DNA of 64,000 nucleotides from a candidate division TM6 bacterium GW2011_GWF2_28_16 (lineage in GTDB: Bacteria > Patescibacteriota > Microgenomatia > UBA1400 > PJMF01): positions 705,066 to 769,065 of the forward strand of contig CP011212.1 of the NCBI GenBank assembly GCA_001029715.1. Direction: 5' to 3'. Of the stretch, positions 19,923 to 30,298 are shown in pieces. The notes beneath the pieces are model-generated. The model saw only the letters and a list, made by a program, of their open reading frames with translations. It was not told the origin of the DNA and ran no database searches. Within the stretch, counting starts at the first letter, position 1, and each line of letters opens with the position of its first letter. The position numbers and the translations under genes are program-made.

Positions 19923-20313
19923 CTGGCTCTAAAGTTGCGGTTAAAGTAACTTTTATACAATTATTAGAAGCATTAATCGCAGTACAACTAGCCTGGTAGG
20001 CATATGTCGCATTATTCTTAGGATCTTCGATCACTGGCTCAGATAAATATTCATCGGCATATAAGCTAGTTACCAAAGCAGGAAAATTGACACTATTACT
20101 CTCAGAATAATAAGCATTGTCTTGTTTATATAGGGTTAAGGCTTGCCTCATGGTCTCTAAATCGGCTTTTCGCTTAGCATTGCGACTGCTAACTCCAGCC
20201 TGAGTAAAACTAACTAATCCTGCCGCTGTTAGCAAGATGATAATTGTCGCTGAAACCAAAAGTTCAATCATGGTAAAAGCTTTTTGTTTTTTTAGCATTT
20301 TTGCTTCTTTCAA
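19891..20313 (-). CDS. Pilin, GspG-like
   Basis: KA-FTMIELLV, RNAKRKADL, DPK motif. Confidence 0.88.
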   Translation of the reverse strand: MKEAKMLKKQKAFTMIELLVSATIIILLTAAGLVSFTQAGVSSRNAKRKADLETMRQALTLYKQDNAYYSESNSVNFPALVTSLYADEYLSEPVIEDPKNNATYAYQASCTAINASNNCIKVTLTATLEPDAEAYDIIAF

Positions 20314-20316
20314 TCT

Positions 20317-20736
20317 TTATTGCAGATTACTTAGACAATAATAATCACCAGTGCCATAGGTACACTCCGTCACCCCAACAGGCAAGTCACTGGAATTTCC
20401 TACGCTACTTTCTAGCAAGGCACAAACACAATAAGAATCAGCACTTGAAGTTAAGTTGATACTATAAATATATGGTGAAGTGTTTTTAGGATCCTCTGGC
20501 AAACCAGCAGGAAAAATAATCACATCGCCAGCTTCACCCTGATCTGTTGGATAAGCTCCCTCTCTGGAATAAAATTGCTCAAAACCATTTTGCATGGCTT
20601 TAATATCAGCTTTGCGCCTAGCATCACGACCTTTTTTCTGTGCAGTCGAAAAAGCAGCAGTCCCCAAAGTTACTAATATACCAATAATCGAAATCACCAC
20701 TAAGATTTCTAACAGAGTAAAAGCATTTTTTTTCAT
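20317..20736 (-). CDS. Pilin, GspG-like
   Basis: NA-FTLLEILV, RDARRKADI, DPK, C-terminal cysteines. Confidence 0.88.
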   Translation of the reverse strand: MKKNAFTLLEILVVISIIGILVTLGTAAFSTAQKKGRDARRKADIKAMQNGFEQFYSREGAYPTDQGEAGDVIIFPAGLPEDPKNTSPYIYSINLTSSADSYCVCALLESSVGNSSDLPVGVTECTYGTGDYYCLSNLQ

Positions 20737-20738
20737 AA

Positions 20739-21740
20739 TTATCTATTTACCTTCACTATCATCTTAGCTAATTCATTGTCAACTGACAACACTCCTTGAA
20801 CGTCCTTCGCACTAATCTTGACCTGAAAATAGCATGTTTTAGTTTGACAAATGTAAGAGTGGTCTACACTATCTTGCAAACTAGCACTTTGCCAAGTTTC
20901 ACCATCGCCAAAATCAATATTTACTTCCACAGGCAGAGCAATTCCATCATTCTCTTCAACTTTCTGTCTGGAAAAAATAGCTTGTAGTTTCTGTAACCAA
21001 GATGTTTCTTCGTCTCGACTAATTTGTCCAGAAAAAACATCGTTCTTACCATTTCCTAAAACGTAGGAAAAACTAATTGTTTCACCAGATAAAACCTCGA
21101 TTGTTCTTGTCGTTTCATCAAGTGCTGGCTGACTATTAAATAATAGAATTGAAGGTCTAAACAAACAGGATTCGTAACAACTCTTTGGGCAGTCATTAAC
21201 TGAAGTTAGCTGTTCGCCAAGACCACTTTGAACATCTAAACTGCAACATTGATAGTTATGCGCCTCACAAGAACTCAAGGGTCCTTGATCATAATCAAAA
21301 TCTGGTTTACTTAAATAATTGGAATAAATTTTTTGTGCATCAGTGTAAATATATAAATTACGTCCAAGAACTTCTAGCTCAATAAAGGATGGCAATTTTT
21401 GATCGTTGATAATAAAACCTGAGCCAAAAGATGCTTTTGAAACTAAAGGAAGCATTTTTTTACTTGATAAAACAATTGGGGAAGTAGCGAAATCACTGCA
21501 AACTACCTCAAGATTATATTCTTTGTCTGAAGTAAATTTAATTTGAGTCCAATAATCTTGGCTATAAGAGAATTGATTAGTGCAGGCTGCTGCATAATTC
21601 TTGTTCAGAAGGGAATTGTAATCATTTTTAATAATGTTTGACTCTAAAGCCAATAGAATTTCCCTTCCAAAAAGAAAAGCTAAGAGACCTAGTCCTAAAA
21701 TCCACAGCATGGAAAAAAAGAAAAATTTAAGTATGCGCAT
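20739..21740 (-). CDS. Membrane-anchored Cys-rich protein with PKD-like C-terminus
   Basis: N-terminal TM, CC...CPKSCYESC, IDFGDG...HSY PKD-like motif; inside the pilus operon. Confidence 0.65.
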   Translation of the reverse strand: MRILKFFFFSMLWILGLGLLAFLFGREILLALESNIIKNDYNSLLNKNYAAACTNQFSYSQDYWTQIKFTSDKEYNLEVVCSDFATSPIVLSSKKMLPLVSKASFGSGFIINDQKLPSFIELEVLGRNLYIYTDAQKIYSNYLSKPDFDYDQGPLSSCEAHNYQCCSLDVQSGLGEQLTSVNDCPKSCYESCLFRPSILLFNSQPALDETTRTIEVLSGETISFSYVLGNGKNDVFSGQISRDEETSWLQKLQAIFSRQKVEENDGIALPVEVNIDFGDGETWQSASLQDSVDHSYICQTKTCYFQVKISAKDVQGVLSVDNELAKMIVKVNR

Positions 21741-21746
21741 AATTTT

Positions 21747-22586
21747 TTAGAATAAAAAGCCAAAATACCATTGCCAAATCGCTTCTCCAAAAACAAAAGT
21801 AATCAAAAAAGCCACAATCAAAAAAGGAGCAAAAGGCAGGGCTTGACCGATTTTTTTCTTTCCTGTTAACAATAACAGCATAGCAAAAATTCCACCAATA
21901 ATAAAAGCCAAAAAGATACTTAAAATCACCTTGGGCCAAGATAAAAGAAAAGCCAATGGAATCATTAATTTAATATCTCCAAAACCTAAAGCTGGCTTAT
22001 GCAAAATTTTGGAAGCTGAAAAATAAAGCGCATAGAAAAAGACGCTAGAGAAGAGTACCGCTAAAATTGGTAACAGCCAATTTTCTCCAGAAAAGAGCTG
22101 TGCTAAAACCGCTAAAATTATTAAGAGCGCAACAAAAAAATCTGGCACAATTAAATACTGCAAATCGGCCAACAACGCAAACAACAATACAAAAGTAAAT
22201 AAAAAATAGAGCATCAGCTGTTGAATTGGCAAAAGCTGTAAAGAAGGTAACTGCAAATAAGCCACCGCAAAAGTAAGACCTAAAACAAAAGCTAATAACT
22301 CACTCAAAAAATAAATTCTAGCAATTTTTTTATGGCAATGACGACATTTGCCTCTAAGTAACAAAAAAGAAAGCAGAGGAACATTGTCATACCAAGCTAT
22401 TTGTTGGTGACAACTTTCACATTTTGAACGACCTTTAACGAAAGATTCTTCTTTGGCAGTTCTAAAAATAACGACATTAAAAAAGCTTGCTAAGAAAGAT
22501 AAAAACAAAGCAAAGAAAAAAATTAGAACCAGTTCAAAAAAGAACATAATTATGGTAAGCAGGAATATTCTTCGCCAGCTACACAA
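21747..22586 (-). CDS. pilD: Prepilin peptidase
   Basis: SFFNVVIFR, RSKCESC, GKCRHC, GFGDIKL, LPFAPFL; real start probably a few codons in (MFFF). Confidence 0.94.
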   Translation of the reverse strand: MCSWRRIFLLTIIMFFFELVLIFFFALFLSFLASFFNVVIFRTAKEESFVKGRSKCESCHQQIAWYDNVPLLSFLLLRGKCRHCHKKIARIYFLSELLAFVLGLTFAVAYLQLPSLQLLPIQQLMLYFLFTFVLLFALLADLQYLIVPDFFVALLIILAVLAQLFSGENWLLPILAVLFSSVFFYALYFSASKILHKPALGFGDIKLMIPLAFLLSWPKVILSIFLAFIIGGIFAMLLLLTGKKKIGQALPFAPFLIVAFLITFVFGEAIWQWYFGFLF

Positions 22587-23218
22587 ACACTAGCCGCAGC
22601 TGATTGCAAATCATCTGGTAAACCAGATCCAGCTTCATCTATGCAACGAGTCGCAGCTTCTTCTTGCATAGCACCAGACTGAGGTTTGAAACAAACATAA
22701 AGACTTTCACCTGGATCACCAGAGTAGAAAACGTAAAGATGATTATAGTCAGTCTTAATTACCTTATCTACAAAACTACGCTTGACTTCATTAGTCCCAA
22801 CACAAGTACCAGCGGTATTACCATTGGCAATCTTATCTAGGACATAGCATGGAGTATCAACAGAATCATCAGCCCAAGCATCGATTGAACCGCCATCTAC
22901 AGTAATTGATGTATCTAAAGAAACACCTCTAAAAGTTAAAGCCGCGTCATTATTTGGATTGCTTACCCATGGATAATAACCTTTGTAAGCATAAAAACGA
23001 TCAATGGCACTTAGAAGTTGCTCTGCGTCAGAGCGGGAGCCAGTGTCACGACCACGATTAATTTGTTCAATAGGATTAATAGCTGCTAAAACTGCAACTG
23101 CTAAAATACCCAAAATTGCAATGACAATCAGCAACTCAATCATGGTAAAAGCCAGCTGGCTTTTAAGTTTAGAGAGAAATTTATTTTGTTTCATAATGTT
23201 TATCCCAAATAATTCCAA
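22550..23218 (-). CDS. Type IV pilin (probable major pilin)
   Basis: LA-FTMIELLIVIAILGILA...INPIEQ; directly after pilC. Confidence 0.88.
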   Translation of the reverse strand: MELFGINIMKQNKFLSKLKSQLAFTMIELLIVIAILGILAVAVLAAINPIEQINRGRDTGSRSDAEQLLSAIDRFYAYKGYYPWVSNPNNDAALTFRGVSLDTSITVDGGSIDAWADDSVDTPCYVLDKIANGNTAGTCVGTNEVKRSFVDKVIKTDYNHLYVFYSGDPGESLYVCFKPQSGAMQEEAATRCIDEAGSGLPDDLQSAAASVCVAGEEYSCLP

Positions 23219-23281
23219 ATATATAAGCAGATTAGAAGCTCAACTTCCAGTCTATCTCAAAAAAGCCAAGCTTTTCAAGTA

Positions 23282-24484
23282 CTAAAATTGACTAGTTAGA
23301 CTGTAAATTGGCATAATAATTGCAATCACAATAAAACCTACTCCTAAACCAAGAAGAATCATGATTATTGGTTCGATGGCAGTGGTTAAATTTTTAATAG
23401 CATATTCACTTTCTTTTTCGAAGTACTCAGATATTTTACCCAGAATTTCATCAAGTTTTCCAGTTTCCTCACCAACGGAAATCATCTGATGAAGAATTGC
23501 TGGAAAATTATCATAACGAGCAACAGCGTCAGAGAGGGTAACACCTTTTTCTACCTGTTTATTAATCTCTTTAAGTTCTCCTCGATAGACTGCACTATCT
23601 ATAGCTGAAGCCACAATATCCAAAGCCTCCATTAGAGAAACACCTGCTCCAAGTAAAAGAGACAAGGTACGCGTGAAATCTGTCAAAACAACTTTTTGCT
23701 TAAGAACTCCAAGAATTGGAATCCTTAAGTAAAGAGCATCAATTGCTTTTTCTCCATGGGGAGTTTTTTTGTAAGAACGCAACGAAAAAATAGCACCAAC
23801 AATTAAAATTAGTAAAACCCACCAAGAACTAACAAAAAAATCGGAAACACTCATTAAAATTTTAGTAGCCACTGGCAACTCTGCATCAAAATCTTGGTAC
23901 ATCAAAGTTAACTTTGGAATAACAGCCACCATCATCACAACAACTACTGCCGCCATAGCAAAAAGAATAATGATCGGATAAACCATGGCTCCTTTTGTTT
24001 TAGCTTTGAAATCTTTTTCCTTTTCCATAGTTATCGCTAGGCGATTTAAAACATCATCTAAAACACCACCAACTTCACCTGCTCTTACTAATTGCACATA
24101 AATTCTAGAAAAATTCTCTTTATATTTAGCTAAGGCTGTAGAAAAACTCAAGCCACCTTCAACATCTTTGAGTAAATTACCGGTTAGCTTACTCATTTCA
24201 CTCTTGCCTTGTTCTTCTAAAATTGAGAGAGAAGTGGCTAGAGGTAAGCCAGCGTTAATCATTGTTGCCAATTGCCTAGTGAAGTTAACTAATTCTTCAA
24301 ATTTAATTTTACTTTTGGTTAAATTAGCTAAAAATCCACTGCGTTGCCCCAAAGGACTGACATCAATCACAAATAAATCTCTACCAAGCAAAGTAGAAAC
24401 TGCTTGAACTTGAGAAATAGCCTCCACCTTACCCTTGATGTTTTCGCCTTGCTTATTTTTGACTATATATTTGTAGATCGGCAT
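23282..24484 (-). CDS. pilC: Type IV pilus platform protein PilC/GspF
   Basis: FTRQLATMINAGLPL, AGEVGG, VGEETGKL, IEP. Confidence 0.95.
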   Translation of the reverse strand: MPIYKYIVKNKQGENIKGKVEAISQVQAVSTLLGRDLFVIDVSPLGQRSGFLANLTKSKIKFEELVNFTRQLATMINAGLPLATSLSILEEQGKSEMSKLTGNLLKDVEGGLSFSTALAKYKENFSRIYVQLVRAGEVGGVLDDVLNRLAITMEKEKDFKAKTKGAMVYPIIILFAMAAVVVVMMVAVIPKLTLMYQDFDAELPVATKILMSVSDFFVSSWWVLLILIVGAIFSLRSYKKTPHGEKAIDALYLRIPILGVLKQKVVLTDFTRTLSLLLGAGVSLMEALDIVASAIDSAVYRGELKEINKQVEKGVTLSDAVARYDNFPAILHQMISVGEETGKLDEILGKISEYFEKESEYAIKNLTTAIEPIIMILLGLGVGFIVIAIIMPIYSLTSQF

Positions 24485-24502
24485 AACAATAAATAAAGAT
24501 AA

Positions 24503-25561
24503 TTATTTAGCATCCAAGAGTCTAATCATTTCATTGGGTCTAAATGATCTAGAAAGGGCAGTTTCTTTACTAATAATCTTTTGAGAAAGCAAGTCCATTA
24601 AATGATTTTCCATCAACATCATCCCTGAGGCAGAAGAGTTTTGGATGATGCTATCAATCTGAAAAACTTTCTTTTCGCGAATTAAATTAGCAATAGCTGA
24701 ATTATTCAACATAATCTCTACAGCTGCAATGCGTCCACCATGGATTTTAGGGATTAGGCGCTGTGACACCACTGCTTTAAGAACAGTGGAAAGCTGCTGA
24801 CCTACCTGAGCTTGCTGATAAGAAGGGAACACATCAACAATACGATCAATTGTTTGTGAAGCAGTATTGGTATGCAAAGTAGCAAAAACTAAGTGACCAG
24901 TTTCAGCTAAAGTTAAAGTTAGAGCGATTGTTTCAAGGTCACGCATTTCTCCAACTAAAACTACATCTGGATCACTACGTAAAGCCGAGCGAAGCGCGGC
25001 TTGCCAAGCCCTAGTATCCTTACCAACTTCTCGCTGGGAAATAATACTTTTGGCAGATTTGTAAACAAATTCGACAGGATCCTCAATGGTTAAAATGTGA
25101 CGGCTTTCAGTTTGATTAATTTCATCAATAATGGCAGCCAGAGAAGTGGATTTACCCTCACCAGTCGGACCAGTAAATAGAATTAAACCTTGATTATAAC
25201 TAGAAAAACTATGGAAAATTTTAGGCAAACTCAACTCATCAACACTAAGAATTGTTTCTGGAATCAAGCGAAAAGCTGCTGCATAACTTTCCATTTGCTG
25301 ATAAACATTAACTCTAAAACGACCCTTATCGGAAAATTGATAAGCTAGATCAATCTCTTTTTCTTTTTCTAATGAAGATCGCTGTTCTGGAGTTAAAATC
25401 GCAAAAACTAAAGATTCAATTTGCTCTTTATCTAGCACCTGTGGACCAGCAGGAAAATTTAAAACTCCATTAACTCTAACAGACAGGGGAGAGCCAGCAA
25501 TTAGATGAATATCTGAACCTTTATTATCGATGGTAAATTGTAGTAAATCTTGAATTTGCAT
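24503..25561 (-). CDS. pilT: Pilus retraction ATPase PilT
   Basis: GPTGEGKST, TIEDPVE, ALRSDPDVVLVGEMRD, AIANLIRE. Confidence 0.95.
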   Translation of the reverse strand: MQIQDLLQFTIDNKGSDIHLIAGSPLSVRVNGVLNFPAGPQVLDKEQIESLVFAILTPEQRSSLEKEKEIDLAYQFSDKGRFRVNVYQQMESYAAAFRLIPETILSVDELSLPKIFHSFSSYNQGLILFTGPTGEGKSTSLAAIIDEINQTESRHILTIEDPVEFVYKSAKSIISQREVGKDTRAWQAALRSALRSDPDVVLVGEMRDLETIALTLTLAETGHLVFATLHTNTASQTIDRIVDVFPSYQQAQVGQQLSTVLKAVVSQRLIPKIHGGRIAAVEIMLNNSAIANLIREKKVFQIDSIIQNSSASGMMLMENHLMDLLSQKIISKETALSRSFRPNEMIRLLDAK

Positions 25562-25566
25562 GATTT

Positions 25567-27381
25567 TTATTTAACATCTGCTACACGAAGAACTTCTTCT
25601 ATGGTAGTAACTCCTCCCAAAGCTTTAAGATAACCATCTTGCTTCATTAAAATCATTCCTTGTTTAAGGGCAACTTCCTCCAATGCTGATTCTGGACTGC
25701 GCTTCATGATTAACTGAGAAATTTCCGGGGTAATACTCATTACTTCAAAAATAGCCACACGACCCTTGTAATCTGGCTCATTAACTGGTCTTTCATCCAT
25801 TGGTCGGTACAAAACGATGTTTTCTGGATCTTTATTATTTTCTTTGCAAAAAGCTAAAAACAAAGGCCCAAGAACCTGCTTGATATTTTCAACAATTTCG
25901 GGCTCAGGCTTATATTCTTCCCTGTATTTTGGATTAATACGACGCACAACTCTTTGTCCTAAAGTTAGAAGCATTGAGGAAGATAAGAGAAATGGTTCAG
26001 CTTCCATATCTAATAAACGAGGTAAGGCGCCTGCAGCACTATTAGTATGCAAAGTAGCAAAGACTAAGTGACCGGTTAAAGAAGCCTGCAAAGCTAGATC
26101 AGCAGTTTCATTGTCACGAATTTCTCCCACCATGATAATGTCTGGATCTTGGCGCAAGAAAGAACGCAAACCAGAAGCAAAAGTTAACCCCGCTTTTGGA
26201 TTGACTTGTACCTGACTAATCCCTGGAATTTGATACTCAACTGGATCTTCCAAAGTCATGATATTAACCCCAACATTATTAATCATGTGTAAAACTGAGT
26301 AGAGAGTAGTGGTTTTACCAGAGCCAGTTGGACCAGTGATTAAAATAATACCCTGAGGAATTTTAATGCAGCTCATCAGCCGACGCAGAGCTAAACCACT
26401 TAAACCTAAATCCTGCAAAGATGGCACAGTAGCATTCTTCTCCAAAAGTCTCATCACCACTTTCTCACCATTGACAGTCGGAAGAGTAGAAATACGTAAA
26501 TCAACTTCTTTGCCAGAAGAAACATAATTAAAACGCCCATCTTGTGGCAAACGTTTTTCATCGATTTTTAAATTAGACATGATTTTGATTCTAGAAATCA
26601 CAGCCTCATGAACATTTTTTGGCAAAATAAGTTTTTCTACCAAAATACCATCAATACGATAACGAACTCTAATATTGCTACCCTGAGGTTCGATGTGCAC
26701 ATCGGAAGCTCGAGAACTAATAGCAAAATCTAAGATATTTTCAACAATTCGATTAATTGGGGCGTCGCGTAAAATTTGCCCAGAATTATTAACTACTACA
26801 CCACCAGCTGCTCTTTGCTGATACTGATTCGTAGTACGCAAGGCTTCGTCAACTTCAGTTGATAAATTTTGTGAGTAACGCTCAACGATTAGCCTTTGCA
26901 AAACCTCTGTGTCAGCATAATATGCCTCAACATCACGATTGGTTTTTTGTCTCAAGAATTCAATTGTTGGCAAGTCCAAAGGATCAAGCATGGCAATTTT
27001 AATTGAATTTTTTTCTTTATCTAAAGCAAAAGGAAGAACCTTGTATCTTTTCGCAATCGACTCATCTAGCAAACCCAAGGCCTCTGGATCAATGCCCACA
27101 GTTCCAAGATCTATGTAACCAAGATGATTAAAAACCGCTTTGGCTTCGTTAATAACGGCTTCGCTAACCGTTTTCTTTTCCCCAATGAGAACTTCATAGG
27201 ATTTGCCAGAGCTTAAACCATCTTTTCTTAATTCTTCTATTTGCTCTAAAGTCAGTTGTTTTTTTTCAAACAAAACATCCAAAAAAGAATTGGTGGGAAT
27301 AAATTGAGCAGAAGGAGCGGAGCCAACTGGCGTCGCTACTACCTGATCAGTCGATTGAGTATCGTTTTGGGCAGTTAACAT
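25567..27381 (-). CDS. pilB: Pilus assembly ATPase PilB/GspE
   Basis: ASDVHIEP, RLPQDGR, GPTGSGKTTTLY, LRQDPDIIMVGEIRD. Confidence 0.95.
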   Translation of the reverse strand: MLTAQNDTQSTDQVVATPVGSAPSAQFIPTNSFLDVLFEKKQLTLEQIEELRKDGLSSGKSYEVLIGEKKTVSEAVINEAKAVFNHLGYIDLGTVGIDPEALGLLDESIAKRYKVLPFALDKEKNSIKIAMLDPLDLPTIEFLRQKTNRDVEAYYADTEVLQRLIVERYSQNLSTEVDEALRTTNQYQQRAAGGVVVNNSGQILRDAPINRIVENILDFAISSRASDVHIEPQGSNIRVRYRIDGILVEKLILPKNVHEAVISRIKIMSNLKIDEKRLPQDGRFNYVSSGKEVDLRISTLPTVNGEKVVMRLLEKNATVPSLQDLGLSGLALRRLMSCIKIPQGIILITGPTGSGKTTTLYSVLHMINNVGVNIMTLEDPVEYQIPGISQVQVNPKAGLTFASGLRSFLRQDPDIIMVGEIRDNETADLALQASLTGHLVFATLHTNSAAGALPRLLDMEAEPFLLSSSMLLTLGQRVVRRINPKYREEYKPEPEIVENIKQVLGPLFLAFCKENNKDPENIVLYRPMDERPVNEPDYKGRVAIFEVMSITPEISQLIMKRSPESALEEVALKQGMILMKQDGYLKALGGVTTIEEVLRVADVK

Positions 27382-27434
27382 ATGAAAACTCTGCCTTTAT
27401 AATGGCACAAATCAGCTTAGAGTTAAATAATCAA

Positions 27435-28130
27435 ATGAAAAAATTTTACACTAGCGAAATACTCGTTCTACCAAAAGAAATAGATTTCTTTGATCAAGAG
27501 GAAAAACTTTTGGTTGCTAAAAAAATAGTTGATCACTATTTACTAAACAAAAAAAACTTTGCTAGCAATAAAAATTTAGTTTATTTCAATCAAGATTACG
27601 CTAATTTTCCAATTGAGGAAATTAGAAGAATGCAAACTGAGGCAGAGTATAGCGCCAGCTTCAGTGGTCAAGAAAAAAGAGCTTTTATTTTATTTAATTT
27701 CGATAGTGCTGCTAGCGCCGCACAAAATGCTGCCCTCAAGATAATTGAGGAAAGTCCTGCAGAAACTCTCATTTTGCTATTGATCAGTAAAAAAGAAAAA
27801 ATTCTTGAAACTATCACTTCACGCTGTTTAATTATTCAAATTGATAAGGGCGAACTAAAGGAAATAAAGATAACAACAAAAAAATTGGAAAATAATTTTT
27901 CTTGGCCAAAAAATTATAGCCAAGCCATTGAGTTAGCAGAACAAAACAAAGATCGTATCGAGGCTATGAACCTAATAGAATCTTTACTCAAAAAAGAAAC
28001 TCTAGAAACCAAAGCAAAAAATCAAGCAAAACAGATTCTTTTGAGAGCTTATCAAGACCTCAATCGTAACCAAAATGTACAACTAACACTCGAAAATTGC
28101 TTTTTTTCTCTGGTATCTCTGGAGGGCTAA
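27435..28130 (+). CDS. holB: DNA polymerase III delta-prime-like subunit, N-terminally reduced
   Basis: AAQNAALKIIEESP, ILETITSRC; ATG 27435 preferred since 27402 is only 20 nt from the divergent pilB start. Confidence 0.75.
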   Translation: MKKFYTSEILVLPKEIDFFDQEEKLLVAKKIVDHYLLNKKNFASNKNLVYFNQDYANFPIEEIRRMQTEAEYSASFSGQEKRAFILFNFDSAASAAQNAALKIIEESPAETLILLLISKKEKILETITSRCLIIQIDKGELKEIKITTKKLENNFSWPKNYSQAIELAEQNKDRIEAMNLIESLLKKETLETKAKNQAKQILLRAYQDLNRNQNVQLTLENCFFSLVSLEG

Positions 28131-28225
28131 GCTCCTAAACACTGTAAAAACGGCTTTTCTCACACTTAATCACTAAAAACAAGCCCTTTTTTTCATGTTA
28201 GAATTATGGTACAACGGATCTTCTT

Positions 28226-30283
28226 ATGGCAAATAGCAACGACTTGAAAAACTATCAAGCTTCACAAATCAAGGTTCTAGAAGGACTTGAGCCTGTGCGC
28301 AAAAGACCAGGCATGTACATTGGTTCCACTGACACTAAAGGCCTGCATCATCTAGTCAAAGAAATTCTCGATAACTCAGTTGATGAGGCTATTGCTGGTT
28401 TTGGTAAAACTATTCAACTTTTTCGCAGTGAGACCAATGAATATCATCGCCAACTTTTTTTAAGTCATAAAAATAACAAAAAAAGCACTGCTGATGAAAA
28501 AGAAATCGGCAATCAAGTCGTTACTGTTACTGATAATGGTCGCGGTATTCCAACCGATATGCATGAATCTGGAGTTTCCGCAATGGAAATTGTCATGACC
28601 AAGCTTCACGCTGGTGGTAAGTTTGAAGAAACCGCCTACAAAGCCTCTGGTGGCTTACACGGCATTGGTTCTTCAGCTGTCAACGCGCTTTCTAGTCTTA
28701 TGCAGGTTGCCGTCAAAAGAAATGGCAAATATTTTTATCAGAGCCATTCTCGAGGTATTCCAGCTGAATCAGTCAAAGAAATCACTGAAAAAGAACTTCT
28801 TAGTAAATTTGACGATGTAGCAGCTGATTTCATCAAATATGAATCTGGATCCATGGTTCAATTCATTGTTGACCCAACCATTTTTTCTACTGTTGATTTT
28901 AGCCATAAACAAATGATTCAAATCGTTAAAGATCGCGCCTATTTGATGGCAGGTATCTATTTTCAATTTTTTGACCGTATTGAAAAATTAGAGCAACATT
29001 ACTATTTTGAAGGCGGTATTCGTTCTTTAGTCGAGCATTTAAATATGACTCGCAAATCACTTCATAAAGTTTTTTATGTTAGTGATGATTGGCAAGATCC
29101 AGATACTGGCAAAAATATTGGTATCGAATTAGCCCTGCAATACAATGACACCTACAACGAACACATTGAGAGCTACGTCAATGTTATCAACACTCCAGAT
29201 GGAGGTACACATGTCCAAGGTTTCCGCCTTGCCTTAGGTAGAGTCATGAGAGATTATGCCGAAAAAAATAATCTCATTAAAGAAAAAGAAGCTTTTGTGG
29301 CCGATGATTTACGAGAAGGTTTAACCGCCGTCGTTTTTGTCAAAATGCCAGCTAACGATCTGCAGTTTGAATCACAGACCAAAGCCAAACTCAATAACGC
29401 CGAAGCACAAACCGCTGTTTATCAAGTTTTTAAAGATGCTCTTTCCACCTATCTTGAGGAAAATCCAAAAGTCGCTCGTGCAATTATAGAAAAAGTCCTA
29501 ATCTCTGCTCGCGCTCGCCTGGCGGCTCGCGCCGCCAAAGACGCCGTGATTCGTAAAGGCTTGCTTGAAGGCGTCTCTTTGCCTGGCAAATTAGCTGACT
29601 GCCAATCCAGACAGGCTAGCGAAAGCGAAATCTACATTGTTGAGGGTGATAGTGCAGGTGGTTCTGCCAAACAGGGTAGAGATCGTAAATTCCAGGCTAT
29701 TTTCCCACTCCGTGGCAAAATCCTTAACACTGAGCGTGCTCGCTTAGATAAGATTGTCGCCTCTGAAGAGCTTAAGAACCTAGTCATCGCCCTTGGCTGT
29801 GGCATTGGTGAAAGCTTCAACATTGAAAAACTACGCTATCATCGTATTATTTTAATGAATGATGCTGATGTTGATGGAGAGCATATCACCACTCTCGGTT
29901 TAACCTTTTTCTTCCGCCATTTGAAGCAAATTGTCGAGGCCGGTTATTTATATGTCGCTATGCCTCCACTTTACAAGATCACTCAAGGCAAAGACGAACA
30001 ATATGTCTACAGTGACGAGGATAAGGACAAATTGCTTGCTCCAGTTTACGCCAAAGATCCAAATGCTAAGATTGGCGTACAAAGATACAAAGGTCTTGGT
30101 GAAATGAACCCAGAGCAACTTTGGACCACTACTATGGATCCAAAAACTCGTATGCTTAAGAAAATCGCCATTGAAGATGCCGACAAATCTGACAATGCTT
30201 TCGAGGTTTTGATGGGCGATGAAGTTGCTCCACGTAAGAAATTTATTCAGAGTCATGCCTACATGGCTCAATTAGATGTCTAA
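28226..30283 (+). CDS. gyrB: DNA gyrase subunit B
   Basis: VRKRPGMYIG, LHAGGKF, VEGDSAGG, PLRGK, DADVDG, QRYKGLGEM. Confidence 0.96.
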   Translation: MANSNDLKNYQASQIKVLEGLEPVRKRPGMYIGSTDTKGLHHLVKEILDNSVDEAIAGFGKTIQLFRSETNEYHRQLFLSHKNNKKSTADEKEIGNQVVTVTDNGRGIPTDMHESGVSAMEIVMTKLHAGGKFEETAYKASGGLHGIGSSAVNALSSLMQVAVKRNGKYFYQSHSRGIPAESVKEITEKELLSKFDDVAADFIKYESGSMVQFIVDPTIFSTVDFSHKQMIQIVKDRAYLMAGIYFQFFDRIEKLEQHYYFEGGIRSLVEHLNMTRKSLHKVFYVSDDWQDPDTGKNIGIELALQYNDTYNEHIESYVNVINTPDGGTHVQGFRLALGRVMRDYAEKNNLIKEKEAFVADDLREGLTAVVFVKMPANDLQFESQTKAKLNNAEAQTAVYQVFKDALSTYLEENPKVARAIIEKVLISARARLAARAAKDAVIRKGLLEGVSLPGKLADCQSRQASESEIYIVEGDSAGGSAKQGRDRKFQAIFPLRGKILNTERARLDKIVASEELKNLVIALGCGIGESFNIEKLRYHRIILMNDADVDGEHITTLGLTFFFRHLKQIVEAGYLYVAMPPLYKITQGKDEQYVYSDEDKDKLLAPVYAKDPNAKIGVQRYKGLGEMNPEQLWTTTMDPKTRMLKKIAIEDADKSDNAFEVLMGDEVAPRKKFIQSHAYMAQLDV

Positions 30284-30298
30284 AAAGAAAGGGCTAAA

